A DNA stretch of 64,000 bases, taken from Chloroflexota bacterium. Lineage in GTDB: Bacteria; Chloroflexota; Limnocylindria; Limnocylindrales; Limnocylindraceae. The position numbers and the translations under genes were made by a program. The stretch covers positions 23,215 to 87,214 of the forward strand of contig JAPLHQ010000072.1 in NCBI GenBank assembly GCA_026389555.1. The letters are read 5' to 3'. Under the pieces are notes generated by a model that was given only the letters and a program-made list of their open reading frames with translations, was not told where the DNA came from and did no database searches. Position 1 is the first letter of the stretch; each line of letters opens with the position of its first letter. Positions 9,415 to 20,293 of this stretch are shown piece by piece.

Positions 9415-11021
9415 CTCCCTTCAGGCCCGCCTGAATACTGATCTGGGCGTGGCGGCTCGCTCCCTGCAACGCGTGCGGCGTGCTCCTGCGCAGCCGGGCT
9501 GACCGGACGGGCGAAGAGTGGGTGCCCCTCTGAGGTGAGACATCGGCCACTCGCAAGATCCCACTGCCAGCCGTGGATGCTGCAGGTGAGGGTCTCGCCA
9601 TCTTCCGTGCCGAAGCGTGTTAGGTCCGCCTTCATATGTGGGCAGCGCCGCTGCACCTGCCAGCCGTTCAGGTCGAAGGTCCCCTCGGTGGGGCCATTCT
9701 CGGCGTAGAAGCCCTCTGCGTACTGGATCCGCGCCACGGAGAGGCACTTGAACCAGGTGTAGAGGTAGTCGTTGTAAGAACCGCGCCTCCAGGCGCTGAA
9801 GCGCAGCGAGAGGAAGAGTGAGTTGACCCAGTCATCGGTCCGCGTCCGGACGAGATGATCGAGGAGAAGGCGGGGGATCGTGAATCGGAAGTCAACGTCG
9901 CGTCCGTCATCAGCGATCACGGCGCGCTCAGGGAAGTCGAGCAGAAGGCTGGTGTCGTCCGTCTGGATGCGGACCGGTCCGCCGATTCCATCGCAAACAC
10001 GCGGCCCGAGCGCCATCAGCGGTTCAAACCACGCTTTCATGTCAGGCAGGAGATCCGTGCGGGAACCCGCCCACGACGCCTTCTCCGCGGCGATGCGTGG
10101 CGCCACGTCCTTTGCGTACGTGCGCAAGTACGCCTCCTTATCGGCAAAGACGCTCTGCACAGACAGTTCGCCCTCTAGATGCTGCACGTCAAACCTTCCG
10201 CTCGCATCGAACGCACCGATGCTCCCAGGGAGCATCAGAACCGCCTGTTGACCTGCCTGTTGCAGATAGTCAACCATCAGGCGCTGATCCGGGAAGATTG
10301 AGTCCTCGGCGTTGTTGACGTCGTTCCACTGGAAGAGCTCGTCATCCAAAAAGCAGGGGGGTCCTGCGGAGGGGATCACGACGCGTGGGCTGATGATCTC
10401 CACGTAGCGAGCGGCACGGGCGAACTGTGCGGTGCGCTTCTTCTTTGCGAGCGCCTCCTTGGCGCGTTCAGGTAGCTCGTAGACCATCGGGTACCAGATG
10501 GCACCGCTGAACTGCAACAGACAGATATCAATCGCCCCCTGGACCAAGAGGCGATCGGGGTCGATCGGCCGGCTGTCGTTCAGGTTGAGCAGGCGCTCTA
10601 CGCCGTCGTCCACCAGGAGGGCAGAGTCACCGATCGGCCCATCCGTTGGCGCTGTGAGCGCCTCCACGACCAGCGTGAGGCCGCCGTGTTGCACCGGAAC
10701 GCCTGAGACCGTCTCAATAAAGCTGCTGAAGCCGAGTCCAGTGAGCGCCTCACGCAGCTCCGGAAGCGGGTAGGCGGGGAGGATGACTGTGGCCTCCTTG
10801 CTGCACCAGCGGGCGAGCCACTCAGGGTCAAAATGATCTCGGTGGAGGTGGCTGATATAGAGATAGTCCGTGGCGCCTAACGCGGCATGATCCAGGCCGT
10901 CGTTCCGCGGGTACGGAAACCAGCCTGCGTAGTACGCCGGGTTGAACCAGGGGTCGCAGAGGATGGAGCCGTGGGCGGTATGAATCTTCACGCCAGCCTG
11001 AGCGATGAATTCGATCCGCAT
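9411..11021 (-). CDS. fusion protein: N-terminal metallo-beta-lactamase-fold domain + C-terminal Rieske [2Fe-2S] domain
   Basis: N-terminus has YISHLHRDHFDPEW (HxHxDH). C-terminus has RCPHMKADLTRFGTEDGETLTCSIHGW, i.e. CxH-x17-CxxH (Rieske). Confidence 0.7.
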   Translation of the reverse strand: MRIEFIAQAGVKIHTAHGSILCDPWFNPAYYAGWFPYPRNDGLDHAALGATDYLYISHLHRDHFDPEWLARWCSKEATVILPAYPLPELREALTGLGFSSFIETVSGVPVQHGGLTLVVEALTAPTDGPIGDSALLVDDGVERLLNLNDSRPIDPDRLLVQGAIDICLLQFSGAIWYPMVYELPERAKEALAKKKRTAQFARAARYVEIISPRVVIPSAGPPCFLDDELFQWNDVNNAEDSIFPDQRLMVDYLQQAGQQAVLMLPGSIGAFDASGRFDVQHLEGELSVQSVFADKEAYLRTYAKDVAPRIAAEKASWAGSRTDLLPDMKAWFEPLMALGPRVCDGIGGPVRIQTDDTSLLLDFPERAVIADDGRDVDFRFTIPRLLLDHLVRTRTDDWVNSLFLSLRFSAWRRGSYNDYLYTWFKCLSVARIQYAEGFYAENGPTEGTFDLNGWQVQRRCPHMKADLTRFGTEDGETLTCSIHGWQWDLASGRCLTSEGHPLFARPVSPAAQEHAARVAGSEPPRPDQYSGGPEGS

Positions 11022-11106
11022 GGGGAGAGGATACGCCCTCAGGGGGGGTTTCGTGCTCAGCCGTCCGATATCTTCGTCACATAACTATCATTATCGGAAC
11101 CAAGAG

Positions 11107-11129
11107 AGGGGGTGTTGGCGCCACCCCCT
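11107..11129 (-). terminator. possible weak intrinsic terminator just after the hflX stop
   Basis: 8-bp GC stem AGGGGGTG/CACCCCCT with a 7-nt loop. On the minus-strand RNA it is followed by CUCUUGGUU, only a partial U-tract. Confidence 0.3.
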
Positions 11130-11136
11130 GAGCCCG

Positions 11137-12432
11137 TTACAGCACCCGGCCGATCGCCCGCCGTTTCAACTGCTGCAGTTCTGCCGCAACATCTGTTGGC
11201 GCAAACCCCGTCACATGCAGCGCCGCATCTTCATATGCCACCTGAATCCCGGTCCGGGCTCGGAGCGCCTCAACTTCGCCAACCACCCCATACGGGAGCT
11301 CCAGGTCGATCGCCACCCCCTGCCGCTGCAGGACCTCCTCTAGGTGATCCCTAAGCTCTGGCAGTCCATCCCCTGTTGCTGCGGCCACCCGGAGCGACCC
11401 TTCAATGAGGGCACCAGCATTCGGGCGATCGCACTTATTGGCGACCGCGATTCGCGGCTTCTCATCCACGCCGAGCTCCTCGAGTACTTCCTGCACCGTG
11501 GCGCGGTGCTCCGCCCAGTGACGGTCTGAGGCGTCGACGACCTCAAGGAGAAGGTCGGCGCGTGCAACCTCCTCAAGCGTGGCGCGGAAGGCGTCCACGA
11601 GCTGGTGCGGCAGCTTGTGAATGAAGCCCACCGTATCGGTGACAATCGCATGTGCGCCACTTGGAAGGCGTAAGCGTCGACTCGTTGGATCAAGCGTAGC
11701 GAAGAGTCGATCCTCTGCAAGTACTGCGTTGCTCCCAACAAGACTGTTCAGTAGCGTTGACTTGCCGGCGTTGGTGTACCCAACGATTGCCACCGTTGGC
11801 ACGCCACCGTCTGAGCGCGCACGTGCGCCAGTCTCCCGGCTGCGACGCACCTGGTCAACACGCGCCTTCATCAGTGAGATGCGGTCGCGGATCAGGCGGC
11901 GGTCAGTCTCGAGCTGTGACTCGCCAGGTCCACGCGTCCCGATGCCACCGCCGGTGCGTGAAAGGTGCGTCCAGAGCTTTGTCAGCCGCGGCAGTTGATA
12001 TTCGAGTTGCGCGAGCTCAACCTGCAGTCGCCCCTCATGTGTCCGCGCATGCATCGCAAAGATGTCGAGGATGAGACGGCTCCGGTCAATCACCTTCACT
12101 TCAAGGACCTCTTCAAGGCCGCGCTGCTGTGTAGGCGAAAGCTCATCATCAGCGATGAGGAGCGTGAACCCGGTCTCAGCCTTTGCAGCGAGTAGTTCGC
12201 GCGCCTTACCAGCGCCGATGTAGGTATCTGGATCGGCGTGACGTCGCTGTTGCCACTCGGCGCCAACAATCTCAGCGCCAGCGGTACGCGCGAGGCTTGC
12301 CAACTCTTCGAGGCTATCCACTGCCGGCCAACCAGGATCGTTCCCAGTATCTACCGCAATCAAGAATGCACGCTCAACTGGTGGGGCAATCTCAATCGGT
12401 GCTCGTCGCTGGCGCACTGCGCGCTCCCCCAC
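11137..12432 (-). CDS. hflX: GTPase HflX
   Basis: HflX N-terminal domain followed by a G-domain (AIVGYTNAGKSTLLNSL, DTVGFI, NKCD) and LLLEVVDASD. Confidence 0.9.
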   Translation of the reverse strand: MGERAVRQRRAPIEIAPPVERAFLIAVDTGNDPGWPAVDSLEELASLARTAGAEIVGAEWQQRRHADPDTYIGAGKARELLAAKAETGFTLLIADDELSPTQQRGLEEVLEVKVIDRSRLILDIFAMHARTHEGRLQVELAQLEYQLPRLTKLWTHLSRTGGGIGTRGPGESQLETDRRLIRDRISLMKARVDQVRRSRETGARARSDGGVPTVAIVGYTNAGKSTLLNSLVGSNAVLAEDRLFATLDPTSRRLRLPSGAHAIVTDTVGFIHKLPHQLVDAFRATLEEVARADLLLEVVDASDRHWAEHRATVQEVLEELGVDEKPRIAVANKCDRPNAGALIEGSLRVAAATGDGLPELRDHLEEVLQRQGVAIDLELPYGVVGEVEALRARTGIQVAYEDAALHVTGFAPTDVAAELQQLKRRAIGRVL

Positions 12433-12433
12433 C

Positions 12434-13426
12434 CTACGCTCCAGTCTGCTCGATCAGCGTCCGTGCAAGTGTATGAAGATCGGCGGCAACACGCGCTGTC
12501 GTCTGGCTGCTGCCAGCGTTAATTGTGGCGCTGATTGGTTCTCCGCGGTACCAGGTGCGCTGTCGGCGCGCATAGGCCCAACTCCTTCCGCTCGAGTGCG
12601 TGATCGCCTTCTCTTCACTGATCTCACCGAGACGATACTGCAGCGCTTCGCGGTAGCCAATACCCGAGAGGGCTGGCGTCTCGGCTGGAAGACGTGCTGC
12701 AAGCGCCTCTGTCTCTGCAACAAGACCGTTCGCAAACTGTGCGGCGGCTCGCTCAGCGATCGCCGTGCGGTGGGCGGCGCTATCTGGTTCATCAAGGAGG
12801 ACGTACGCGTTGGGGCCACCCCACGGCTCCTCCTCTGTGGTGGTGGGGTCTCCTCCGAGTTGCGCGATCTCTAGCGCGCGCAGAAGTCGCCGTGGGCTCG
12901 CGGTCGCCACCGCATCTGCCGCAGCGGCATTCAGCCCACGCAGCTGCACCTCAATATGCTCGCGACCCTCTTCGGCGAGTTCACGCTCAAGGCGCGTTCG
13001 AAGTTCTGGGTCGTGTGGTCGTGCCCCTCCGGTCAGGAAGCCACGCAGTAGCCCGCGGTGATAGAGGCCGGTCCCGCCAACCACGATGGCGATCTGCGGC
13101 GCACCGCTCGCTGCCGGAGCGCTAATCGCCTCGCGTGCAATCGCAAGCCAGTCGTAGAGGGTGAATGGTTGGTCGGCCTCCGCAACATCGATCCCTGCGT
13201 GAGGGCGCCGCGCAAGTACCTCAGCTGAGAGCTTATCCGTGCCGATATCGAACCCGCGAAAGACCTGTCGTGAATCGGCAGAGACGAGCGTGAAGCGCAC
13301 GCCATCGCGATCAAGCAGATCGGCGAGGGCGAGCACCGCAGCACTCTTCCCTACCGCCGTGGGGCCGGCGACGGCGAGGAGGGGCGTTGCCCGCTCAGCG
13401 GGCGTAATCAACCGCCCGCGTCTCAC
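12434..13426 (-). CDS. miaA: tRNA dimethylallyltransferase
   Basis: [21 protein letters not shown]-loop; [16 protein letters not shown]; overall MiaA layout. Stop is 2 nt before the hflX start. Confidence 0.88.
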   Translation of the reverse strand: MRRGRLITPAERATPLLAVAGPTAVGKSAAVLALADLLDRDGVRFTLVSADSRQVFRGFDIGTDKLSAEVLARRPHAGIDVAEADQPFTLYDWLAIAREAISAPAASGAPQIAIVVGGTGLYHRGLLRGFLTGGARPHDPELRTRLERELAEEGREHIEVQLRGLNAAAADAVATASPRRLLRALEIAQLGGDPTTTEEEPWGGPNAYVLLDEPDSAAHRTAIAERAAAQFANGLVAETEALAARLPAETPALSGIGYREALQYRLGEISEEKAITHSSGRSWAYARRQRTWYRGEPISATINAGSSQTTARVAADLHTLARTLIEQTGA

Positions 13427-14921
13427 GAATCACGGTGACACGAATCTGCCCCGGATAGGAGAGCTGCTCCTCAATGCGCTTCACAACGTCACGTGCGATC
13501 TCTCGCGCGCGTTCGTCGTCAACGTGATCTGGTCGAACGAGGATACGCACTTCACGTCCAGCCTGGACGGCGTAGACCTTCTCTACCCCCTCAAAGCTCA
13601 TCGCGATGTTCTGCAGATCCTCAAGGCGACGCAGGTGTGCCTCGGCCTGATTACCGCGAGCGCCTGGTCGTGCGGCGCTGATCGCATCAGCAACCTGCAC
13701 GATTGGTGCCTCGCGCGCCGTGCACTCCACCTCCTGGTGGTGCGCGGCGATCGCGTTGACGATCCCCTCAGGCATGCCGTGACGGCGTGCCAAGTCGGCA
13801 CCGATTGCGGCGTGCGTCCCCTCAATCTCGTGATCGAGTGCCTTCCCGATGTCATGCAGAAGTCCGCCAACCTTGGCGGCGCGAATATCCATGCCGAGCT
13901 CACCAGCAACGGCACCGGCAACCTGCGCCGTCTCAATCGAGTGCAGCAGGACATTCTGTCCATATGACGTGCGCCACTGCAGTCGGCCAAGGATGCGGAG
14001 TAGCTCAGTTGGAATGCCGGTGACACCAACCTCGAGTGCCGCCTCTTCACCATTCTTCAGTGCGGTGGCGTCAACCTCACCCTGTGCCTTTGCAACAACC
14101 TCTTCGATGCGCACGGGATGAATGCGGCCATCCTGCATCAGTCGATCAATCGTGACGCGCGCAACCTCTCGTCGCACCGGATCAAAGGATGAGAGCGTCA
14201 CCTGCATCGGCGTTTCGTCAATGAGCAGCTCAACTCCCGTTGCAGCCTCCAGTGCACGAATATTGCGCCCTTCGCGACCGATCAGTCGCCCCTTCATCTC
14301 TTCGCTGGCTAGTTTGATGTGTGTAACGGAGTGTTCGGTGCTGTGATCGGCGGCAACGCGCTGCATTGCGGTCAAGATCATGTCGCGGGCGCGATCACCC
14401 GCCTCTTCAGCGGCGCGGCGCTCCAGCGTTGCGCGAAGTCGGTTCGCCTCAGTCTCGGCATCTTCGGTGAGTCGGGCAAGGACCTCCTTGCGGGCCGCCT
14501 CTGCATCAAGGCCGGCGACCTCAGCGAGGCGCGCGTTGACCGAGGCACGAGCCGCCTCTAGGGTGGCCGCCTCCTCGAGTAGTCCGCGCTCGCGTTCAGC
14601 AATAGAGACCTCACGCTCGGCAAAGAAGGTTTCACGCTCGCCGAGTGTGACTTCGCGGAGACGGAAACGCTCGCCTTCTGCAGTGATCTGCTCGCGCTCC
14701 TGGCGGAGCCCGTCCTCAGCGGCGAGCCGCATGCGGGAGATCTCCCCCTTCGCGGTAATGATCAGTGCGCTCTGCTGCTGACGCGCCTCTTCCACGATGC
14801 TGCGCGCACGAACGGTGGCGGCACGAATGCCTGCAGCGGCAATGAACTGTCGAATAAGGATGCCTGCAACGAGACCGAATACGACGGCAACTACGGGGAG
14901 GACCCCGCCAAGGTTTTCCAT
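13395..14921 (-). CDS. rny: ribonuclease Y
   Basis: N-terminal TM segment, a long coiled-coil, a KH domain and an HD domain ([29 protein letters not shown]). Confidence 0.92.
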   Translation of the reverse strand: MENLGGVLPVVAVVFGLVAGILIRQFIAAAGIRAATVRARSIVEEARQQQSALIITAKGEISRMRLAAEDGLRQEREQITAEGERFRLREVTLGERETFFAEREVSIAERERGLLEEAATLEAARASVNARLAEVAGLDAEAARKEVLARLTEDAETEANRLRATLERRAAEEAGDRARDMILTAMQRVAADHSTEHSVTHIKLASEEMKGRLIGREGRNIRALEAATGVELLIDETPMQVTLSSFDPVRREVARVTIDRLMQDGRIHPVRIEEVVAKAQGEVDATALKNGEEAALEVGVTGIPTELLRILGRLQWRTSYGQNVLLHSIETAQVAGAVAGELGMDIRAAKVGGLLHDIGKALDHEIEGTHAAIGADLARRHGMPEGIVNAIAAHHQEVECTAREAPIVQVADAISAARPGARGNQAEAHLRRLEDLQNIAMSFEGVEKVYAVQAGREVRILVRPDHVDDERAREIARDVVKRIEEQLSYPGQIRVTVIRETRAVDYAR

Positions 14922-15068
14922 AGGTTCCCTTTGCCAGTCGTGCTCCGCGGGCTGGCGCGCGGTAATAGGTCAGTTTTCCAGCCAGGTGGCTGGGGGTTGA
15001 AGGCTACGACCTCTAGGGGGAGCGGTCAAACGCCTCGTGGAGGGGTGCCTAAAGCCTCCTAGCAGGGC

Positions 15069-15647
15069 CTACGCCTCGTCTACAGGTCCACCAGGGTCGA
15101 CCCCCTCCCCCACCTCTGAGAGCCGCTCGCGCGCAATGCGCCAGGAGAGACCAGACGGAAATCCGCGTCGTGCCAGTGCTTGCGCAACCCGTTGCACCTC
15201 TGCGCGGGTATCGCCACCACGGAGGCGAACCTTCGCCGCTGCGGCCTGCGCCGCGCGCTCCTCTGCGCCCGTGGCCTCAGGCTCTCCAGGCGCCGACTCC
15301 GGCAGCTCCGCCCGCTCGGCGAGCAGGCGCGTTGCGATCTCATCCGGCACTCCACGACGCCGCAGCTCTTGCACCAGCGCCCGATCGCCACGCTGCCGTG
15401 AACGGTCACGCGACTCAATCAGGGAGCGCGCGAGCCGCTCGTCATCGATGATGCCGATCGCCTCAAGGCGATCCGTTGCGGTGGCGACGTGCTCTTCTGG
15501 ATAGCCCGCGGCGATGAGTCGCTCGACGAGCGAACGCTTACTCCGTGGGGCGCCAGAGAGCGAACGCGCAGCGGCCTCTAAGACCGCTGCGGCGTCTGCT
15601 GCTGCATGGCGCTCCTTGATGAGCGCCGGATCCTTGCGGCGTCTCAC
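15069..15647 (-). CDS. recX: recombination regulator RecX
   Basis: 192 aa with repeated three-helix segments (IDDERLARSLIESR...). Sits immediately downstream of recA. Confidence 0.85.
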   Translation of the reverse strand: MRRRKDPALIKERHAAADAAAVLEAAARSLSGAPRSKRSLVERLIAAGYPEEHVATATDRLEAIGIIDDERLARSLIESRDRSRQRGDRALVQELRRRGVPDEIATRLLAERAELPESAPGEPEATGAEERAAQAAAAKVRLRGGDTRAEVQRVAQALARRGFPSGLSWRIARERLSEVGEGVDPGGPVDEA

Positions 15648-15659
15648 CGCGCGCCGCGA

Positions 15660-16769
15660 CTACTCCCCGTCGCCAGGAGGTGCAACCGGCACGTCGAGCG
15701 TGGCGGTTGCGGCGCGAATCTTCGCGTCAATCTCTGCGGCAACCGTTGGGTTCGCCTTGAGGAACTCCTTCGACTGCTCGCGACCCTGACCGAGTCGCAC
15801 CTCACCGAAGTTGAACCAGGCGCCAGTCTTGGAGACGATATCTCCCGCAACACCAACGTCAAGGAGGCCACCCTCCATGCTGATCCCTTCGCCGTACATG
15901 ATGTCGAATTCGGCGATGCGGAACGGTGCCGCGACCTTGTTCTTCACCACCTTCACGCGCACGCGTGATCCAACTGACTCTGTGCCGGTCTTGATCGTCT
16001 CAATGCGACGAATGTCGAGTCGGACTGATGCATAAAACTTCAGCGCGCGACCACCTGGTGTGGTCTCCGGACTGCCGTACATCACACCGATCTTCTCGCG
16101 CAACTGGTTGGTGAAGAGGAGCGTTGTATTCGAACGCGCCACCGCACCGGTCAACTTACGCAACGCCTGGCTCATCAGGCGCGCCTGAATGCCGACGAAT
16201 GAGTCGCCCATCTCGCCTTCAATTTCCGCGCGTGGCACGAGTGCCGCCACGGAGTCGATCACGACGATATCCACGCCGCCCGATCGGATCAGCGTTTCGG
16301 CGATCTCTAGCGCCTGCTCGCCAGTATCTGGCTGCGAGACGAGGAGCTCATCAACATTCACGCCAGTCGCCGCCGCATAGGCAGAGTCGAGCGCATGCTC
16401 AACGTCAATGAAGGCGGCAACGCCGCCCCGACGCTGTGCCTCAGCGATGATGTGCTGACAGATCGTGGTCTTACCAGAAGACTCTGGTCCAAAGATCTCG
16501 CTGATGCGCCCGCGTGGCAAGCCGCCAACGCCGAGCGCCAGGTCCAACGAGATCGCACCGGTTGGAATGGTGTCAACCTCAAGTCGCTCACGCGACCCGA
16601 GCTTCATGATCGCACCGCGACCGAACTGCTTCTCAATGGTGAGGATTGCGGCATCTACCGCACGACTGCGCTCCGTCGACGCCTTCGCGTCAACCTTCGC
16701 GTCAGCTTTCGCTTCAGACTTGTCGGGCGTCGCCGACTTCGGGCTCTTGCTTTCGCTCTTCTCGGCCAT
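15660..16769 (-). CDS. recA: recombinase RecA
   Basis: [38 protein letters not shown] and [32 protein letters not shown]. Confidence 0.97.
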   Translation of the reverse strand: MAEKSESKSPKSATPDKSEAKADAKVDAKASTERSRAVDAAILTIEKQFGRGAIMKLGSRERLEVDTIPTGAISLDLALGVGGLPRGRISEIFGPESSGKTTICQHIIAEAQRRGGVAAFIDVEHALDSAYAAATGVNVDELLVSQPDTGEQALEIAETLIRSGGVDIVVIDSVAALVPRAEIEGEMGDSFVGIQARLMSQALRKLTGAVARSNTTLLFTNQLREKIGVMYGSPETTPGGRALKFYASVRLDIRRIETIKTGTESVGSRVRVKVVKNKVAAPFRIAEFDIMYGEGISMEGGLLDVGVAGDIVSKTGAWFNFGEVRLGQGREQSKEFLKANPTVAAEIDAKIRAATATLDVPVAPPGDGE

Positions 16770-16771
16770 CT

Positions 16772-17926
16772 CTATTCCCTGCCTTCTCTTGCTGTTGCCC
16801 TCTGTCGATTGACTCCGCGAAGCCTGCCATCCTCGGCGTACCGTGGACGCATCGCGCCGCGAGCGGGCTCTTCGGAGGGCTCATCGCCGACTCCTAAGCG
16901 AGGGGTCCCCGGCCCCCCAGCCGCGGCACGAAGCCGTGGCAGCTCGGCTGCGAGTGTACCCGAGCGGAGTGCCAACCGAATGGCACGCATGAAGGCGCTG
17001 AGGTGCCGCAGGTTGTGGATCGTGAGGAGGCGGTAGGCCAGCAGCTCTTCCGCACGGAAGAGGTGGGCCAGGTAAGCCCGGCTGAACCTACGGCAGGTTG
17101 AGCAGTCGCAGAGCGCGTCAAGGGGCTGATCCTCGTCCAGGTGTCGCGCGTTCCGCAAGTTCATCCTCCCGCCGGTCACCCAGGCCTGGCCGTTGCGCGC
17201 GACTCGCGCTGGGAGGACGGAATCAAAGAGGTCAACTCCGCGCAGTACCGCTTCCAGCAGATCAACTGGGGATCCGAGCCCCATCAGGTAGCGCACGCGG
17301 TGATCGCCCTGAAGTGCCGCGATCGTTGCCTCAACCGCCGTGTTGCGCTCCTCTGGTGTCTCGTCACCAGCGAGGCCGCCAAGATTGATCCCCTCAAACG
17401 GGAGTGAACGGATGTAGGTCGCCGACTCAGCGCGCAGTTCAGGATCAATGCCCCCCTGCGCAATGCCGAAGAGCGCCTGCTCCTCCAGCGCGTGCGCACG
17501 AAGTGAGCGCACCGCCCAACGGTGGGTGCGCTGCATCGCTCGCAGCACATCGCGACGCTCGCTTGAACCCGGCATCACCGGTTGATCAAACGCTACGGCA
17601 ATGTCTGGACCGAGCGCCTCCTGGATCTCAATCGAACGCTCCGGTGTGAAGAGGTGCTGGCTCCCGTCAAGGTGGCTGTGAAATCGCGCCCCCTCCTCAC
17701 GGATACGCATCAGTGGACCGAGCGAAACCACCTGAAATCCGCCTGAGTCGGTAAGGATCGGTTTACTCCACGCCGAGAACTTGTTCAGACCACCGAGTCG
17801 TTTGATCCGCTCATGTCCCGGCCGCAGATAGAGGTGATACGTGTTCGCCAAGATAATCTGCGCGCCAATGCTGTGCAGATCATCTGGGTCGAGTGACTTC
17901 ACGGTGGCATTAGTACCGACGGGCAT
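16772..17926 (-). CDS. tgt: queuine tRNA-ribosyltransferase (annotated from first ATG; conserved N-terminus continues upstream)
   Basis: [35 protein letters not shown] and a C-terminal Zn site ([17 protein letters not shown]). The in-frame upstream sequence still encodes conserved Tgt N-terminus (see findings). Confidence 0.9.
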   Translation of the reverse strand: MPVGTNATVKSLDPDDLHSIGAQIILANTYHLYLRPGHERIKRLGGLNKFSAWSKPILTDSGGFQVVSLGPLMRIREEGARFHSHLDGSQHLFTPERSIEIQEALGPDIAVAFDQPVMPGSSERRDVLRAMQRTHRWAVRSLRAHALEEQALFGIAQGGIDPELRAESATYIRSLPFEGINLGGLAGDETPEERNTAVEATIAALQGDHRVRYLMGLGSPVDLLEAVLRGVDLFDSVLPARVARNGQAWVTGGRMNLRNARHLDEDQPLDALCDCSTCRRFSRAYLAHLFRAEELLAYRLLTIHNLRHLSAFMRAIRLALRSGTLAAELPRLRAAAGGPGTPRLGVGDEPSEEPARGAMRPRYAEDGRLRGVNRQRATAREGRE

Positions 17927-18084
17927 AAAATCTGGGGTCTCAACAGCACCGTGCGGCAGCGTGAGCGTGCCAGCGCGAGCGTTAGAGGCGGGATCTGTTG
18001 CGGTGACGCTAAAGCGCAGCGAACGTTCTGCGCGCGCTGGAAGTGTCCCTGGGTCAGAGAGTGCGGCGAGCCGCGCGCTCTCGC

Positions 18085-19089
18085 TCAGCTCCCACTCCAG
18101 AGTGAGGCGCTTCCGCGACCGAGATGCGCCCGACCGCGCTCAGTCACCACGCGACCCTGAGGTGTGCGATCAAGGAAGCCGATGCGCAACAGGAAGGGTT
18201 CAAACACATCCTCAAGTGTGTCTGGCGACTCACCAAGGAGCGCCGCCATGGCGGCAACGCCGACCGGTCCCCCATCAAACTTGTCGAGCATCATCTGCAG
18301 CAGTTTTCGATCGGTGGCATCAAGGCCAGCATCATCAATCTGCAAGCCGGCAAGCGCCTTCGCGGCGCGCTCCAGCGTGATCTCGCTTGACCCCGCAACC
18401 TGCACCTCGTCGCGGACACGCCGCAGGAGACGGTTCGCAATCCGTGGCGTGCCACGACTTCGTGCCGCAATAAGCGCCGCCGCTTCGCCTGTGATGCTGA
18501 CGTCGAGGATTCCGGCGGAGCGTTGCACGATCGCGGTGAGCTCGTCATCAGCATAGAAGTCGAGTCGCTGCACTGCACCGAATCGGTCACGTAGTGGCGC
18601 TGAGAGCATGCCGATGCGTGTGGTTGCACCGATGAGCGTGAACGGGGGCACCTCAAGTCGGAGCGGCTGCGCGGAGGGGCCCTTCCCGATCACGATATCA
18701 ATGGAGCGATCCTCCATCGCCGGATAGAGCACCTCCTCCACGGCGCGACCGAGGCGATGAATCTCGTCAATAAAGAGCACCTGTCGCGGCACAAGGTTCG
18801 TCAGGATCGCGGCAAGATCTCCGCCATGATCAATGGCGGTGCCAGAGGTGAAGCGAATCTGCACGCCAAGTTCGTGCGCAACGATTGCAGCAAGCGTCGT
18901 CTTCCCGAGGCCGGGTGGCCCGTGCAAGAGAAGGTGGTCGGCCGCCTCACCACGCTCGCGCGCCGCCTGTAGCAGGGTGGTCAGTGAACGCTTCGCCTCG
19001 CCCTGTCCGATGTACTCGCCGAGCGAGGCGGGACGCAGCGTCGCCTCGAGGCTTCGCTCTTCCCCATCGTTGATCTGCGGCTCACTCAT
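18085..19089 (-). CDS. ruvB: Holliday junction ATP-dependent DNA helicase RuvB
   Basis: [32 protein letters not shown] and an RuvB-type winged-helix C-terminus. Confidence 0.95.
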   Translation of the reverse strand: MSEPQINDGEERSLEATLRPASLGEYIGQGEAKRSLTTLLQAARERGEAADHLLLHGPPGLGKTTLAAIVAHELGVQIRFTSGTAIDHGGDLAAILTNLVPRQVLFIDEIHRLGRAVEEVLYPAMEDRSIDIVIGKGPSAQPLRLEVPPFTLIGATTRIGMLSAPLRDRFGAVQRLDFYADDELTAIVQRSAGILDVSITGEAAALIAARSRGTPRIANRLLRRVRDEVQVAGSSEITLERAAKALAGLQIDDAGLDATDRKLLQMMLDKFDGGPVGVAAMAALLGESPDTLEDVFEPFLLRIGFLDRTPQGRVVTERGRAHLGRGSASLWSGS

Positions 19090-19109
19090 GCGGCCCCTCC
19101 CCCGCCACC

Positions 19110-19703
19110 TTACGCGCGCTCGCGGAGCGCGGCGCGGAGTCGTTCATCTAGTGGTGCGCTACGCAACGAAGCATCCGCCTCAACCAGTGCGGCGAGTTCA
19201 CGCGCGTCGCGCGGCGGGAAGCCGAGGCTGCGGAGCGCAGCGGCAAGGTCAGAGCCGCCAGCACTGCGGGGGGCGTCAGGAGTGCCGTCTACTTCGGCGG
19301 CATCACGGGCGATGCGATCACGCAACTCAAGGATGATGCGTGCGGCGAGTCGGCGACCAACACCCGGTGCAGTTGCGAGCAGCTTCTCGTCGCCGTCCAC
19401 GAGTCCGCGACGGAGCGCCTCCGCTCCATGTGTTCCGAGTAGTGCGAGGGCCACCTTCGGTCCAACCCCGCTCACATCAAGGAGTGTGGCGAAGAGACGC
19501 TCCTGGTCACGGCTGGTGAACCCGACAAGTGCCTCGCTGTCTTCTCGGACAAGATGATGGAGATAGAGCTCAACCTTCGCACCCTCTGTGAGCGAGCTAA
19601 TCAGCTGTGGCAAGACGCGGATGCGCAGGCCGAGCCCGCTGCTTTGCACGATCACGGCATCATCCTCAATCCAGCTAACGCTTCCAGCAATGAACGCGTA
19701 CAT
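19110..19703 (-). CDS. ruvA: Holliday junction DNA helicase RuvA
   Basis: MYAFIAGSV...[12 protein letters not shown] (OB domain), HhH motifs ([13 protein letters not shown]) and a C-terminal RuvB-interaction domain. Confidence 0.92.
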   Translation of the reverse strand: MYAFIAGSVSWIEDDAVIVQSSGLGLRIRVLPQLISSLTEGAKVELYLHHLVREDSEALVGFTSRDQERLFATLLDVSGVGPKVALALLGTHGAEALRRGLVDGDEKLLATAPGVGRRLAARIILELRDRIARDAAEVDGTPDAPRSAGGSDLAAALRSLGFPPRDARELAALVEADASLRSAPLDERLRAALRERA

Positions 19704-19705
19704 CG

Positions 19706-20293
19706 CTACGCTCGCTCCCCGCGGAGCGCCTTACGCACTGCACGATCAAAGCCACTCTCCACCGCGGCGCCGGAGGCGGCCGAACGATCGAGTCGTGCAG
19801 AGCCAGAGCCAGTCAGCGCATGTGCGGCGCCGCCACCCCAGATTGCGAGCGCCAACGCATCGGAGGCGTCATCCGGAGTCGGCGCGCGCTCCAGGGCGAG
19901 AAGTCGTGTCACGGCACGCGTCACCGCACCCTTCGCCGCGCGACCATCTCCTGCGATCGCCCGCTTCATCTCCGAAGGGGTTGCCTCAACAAGATCAATC
20001 TTCAGTTCGGCAGCAATCATGAGCGCAACGCCACGCGCCGCAGCAACGGCAACCGCCGATTGCACGTTCCCCTGACTGAAGATGCGCTCAATTGCGATGC
20101 GATCGGGCTTCTCGCTGCGCGCAATCTGTCGCAGTTCGGTGTGAATCTGAAGAAGTCGTTCGCCAAGCCCAAGTGAAGCTGGAGTGGTGATGACGCCGTG
20201 GCTGAGGTGCTTCGGCCGATCGCCGCCACTCTCCACCAGACCCCAACCGAAGGTTGCGGTTCCGGGGTCCAGGCCGAGGACCCGTAGCTTCAT
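19706..20293 (-). CDS. ruvC: crossover junction endodeoxyribonuclease RuvC
   Basis: MKLRVLGLDPGTATFGWGLVE and the RuvC catalytic fold (acidic residues D9 and E-xx-A). Confidence 0.9.
   Translation of the reverse strand: MKLRVLGLDPGTATFGWGLVESGGDRPKHLSHGVITTPASLGLGERLLQIHTELRQIARSEKPDRIAIERIFSQGNVQSAVAVAAARGVALMIAAELKIDLVEATPSEMKRAIAGDGRAAKGAVTRAVTRLLALERAPTPDDASDALALAIWGGGAAHALTGSGSARLDRSAASGAAVESGFDRAVRKALRGERA

Noticed and set aside
14922-15068. Structured 5' leader or riboswitch upstream of rny (hairpin CCAGCC-ACCT-GGCTGG at about 14993-15008)
   Set aside because: Single short hairpin without a flanking U-tract or recognisable riboswitch consensus; insufficient evidence.
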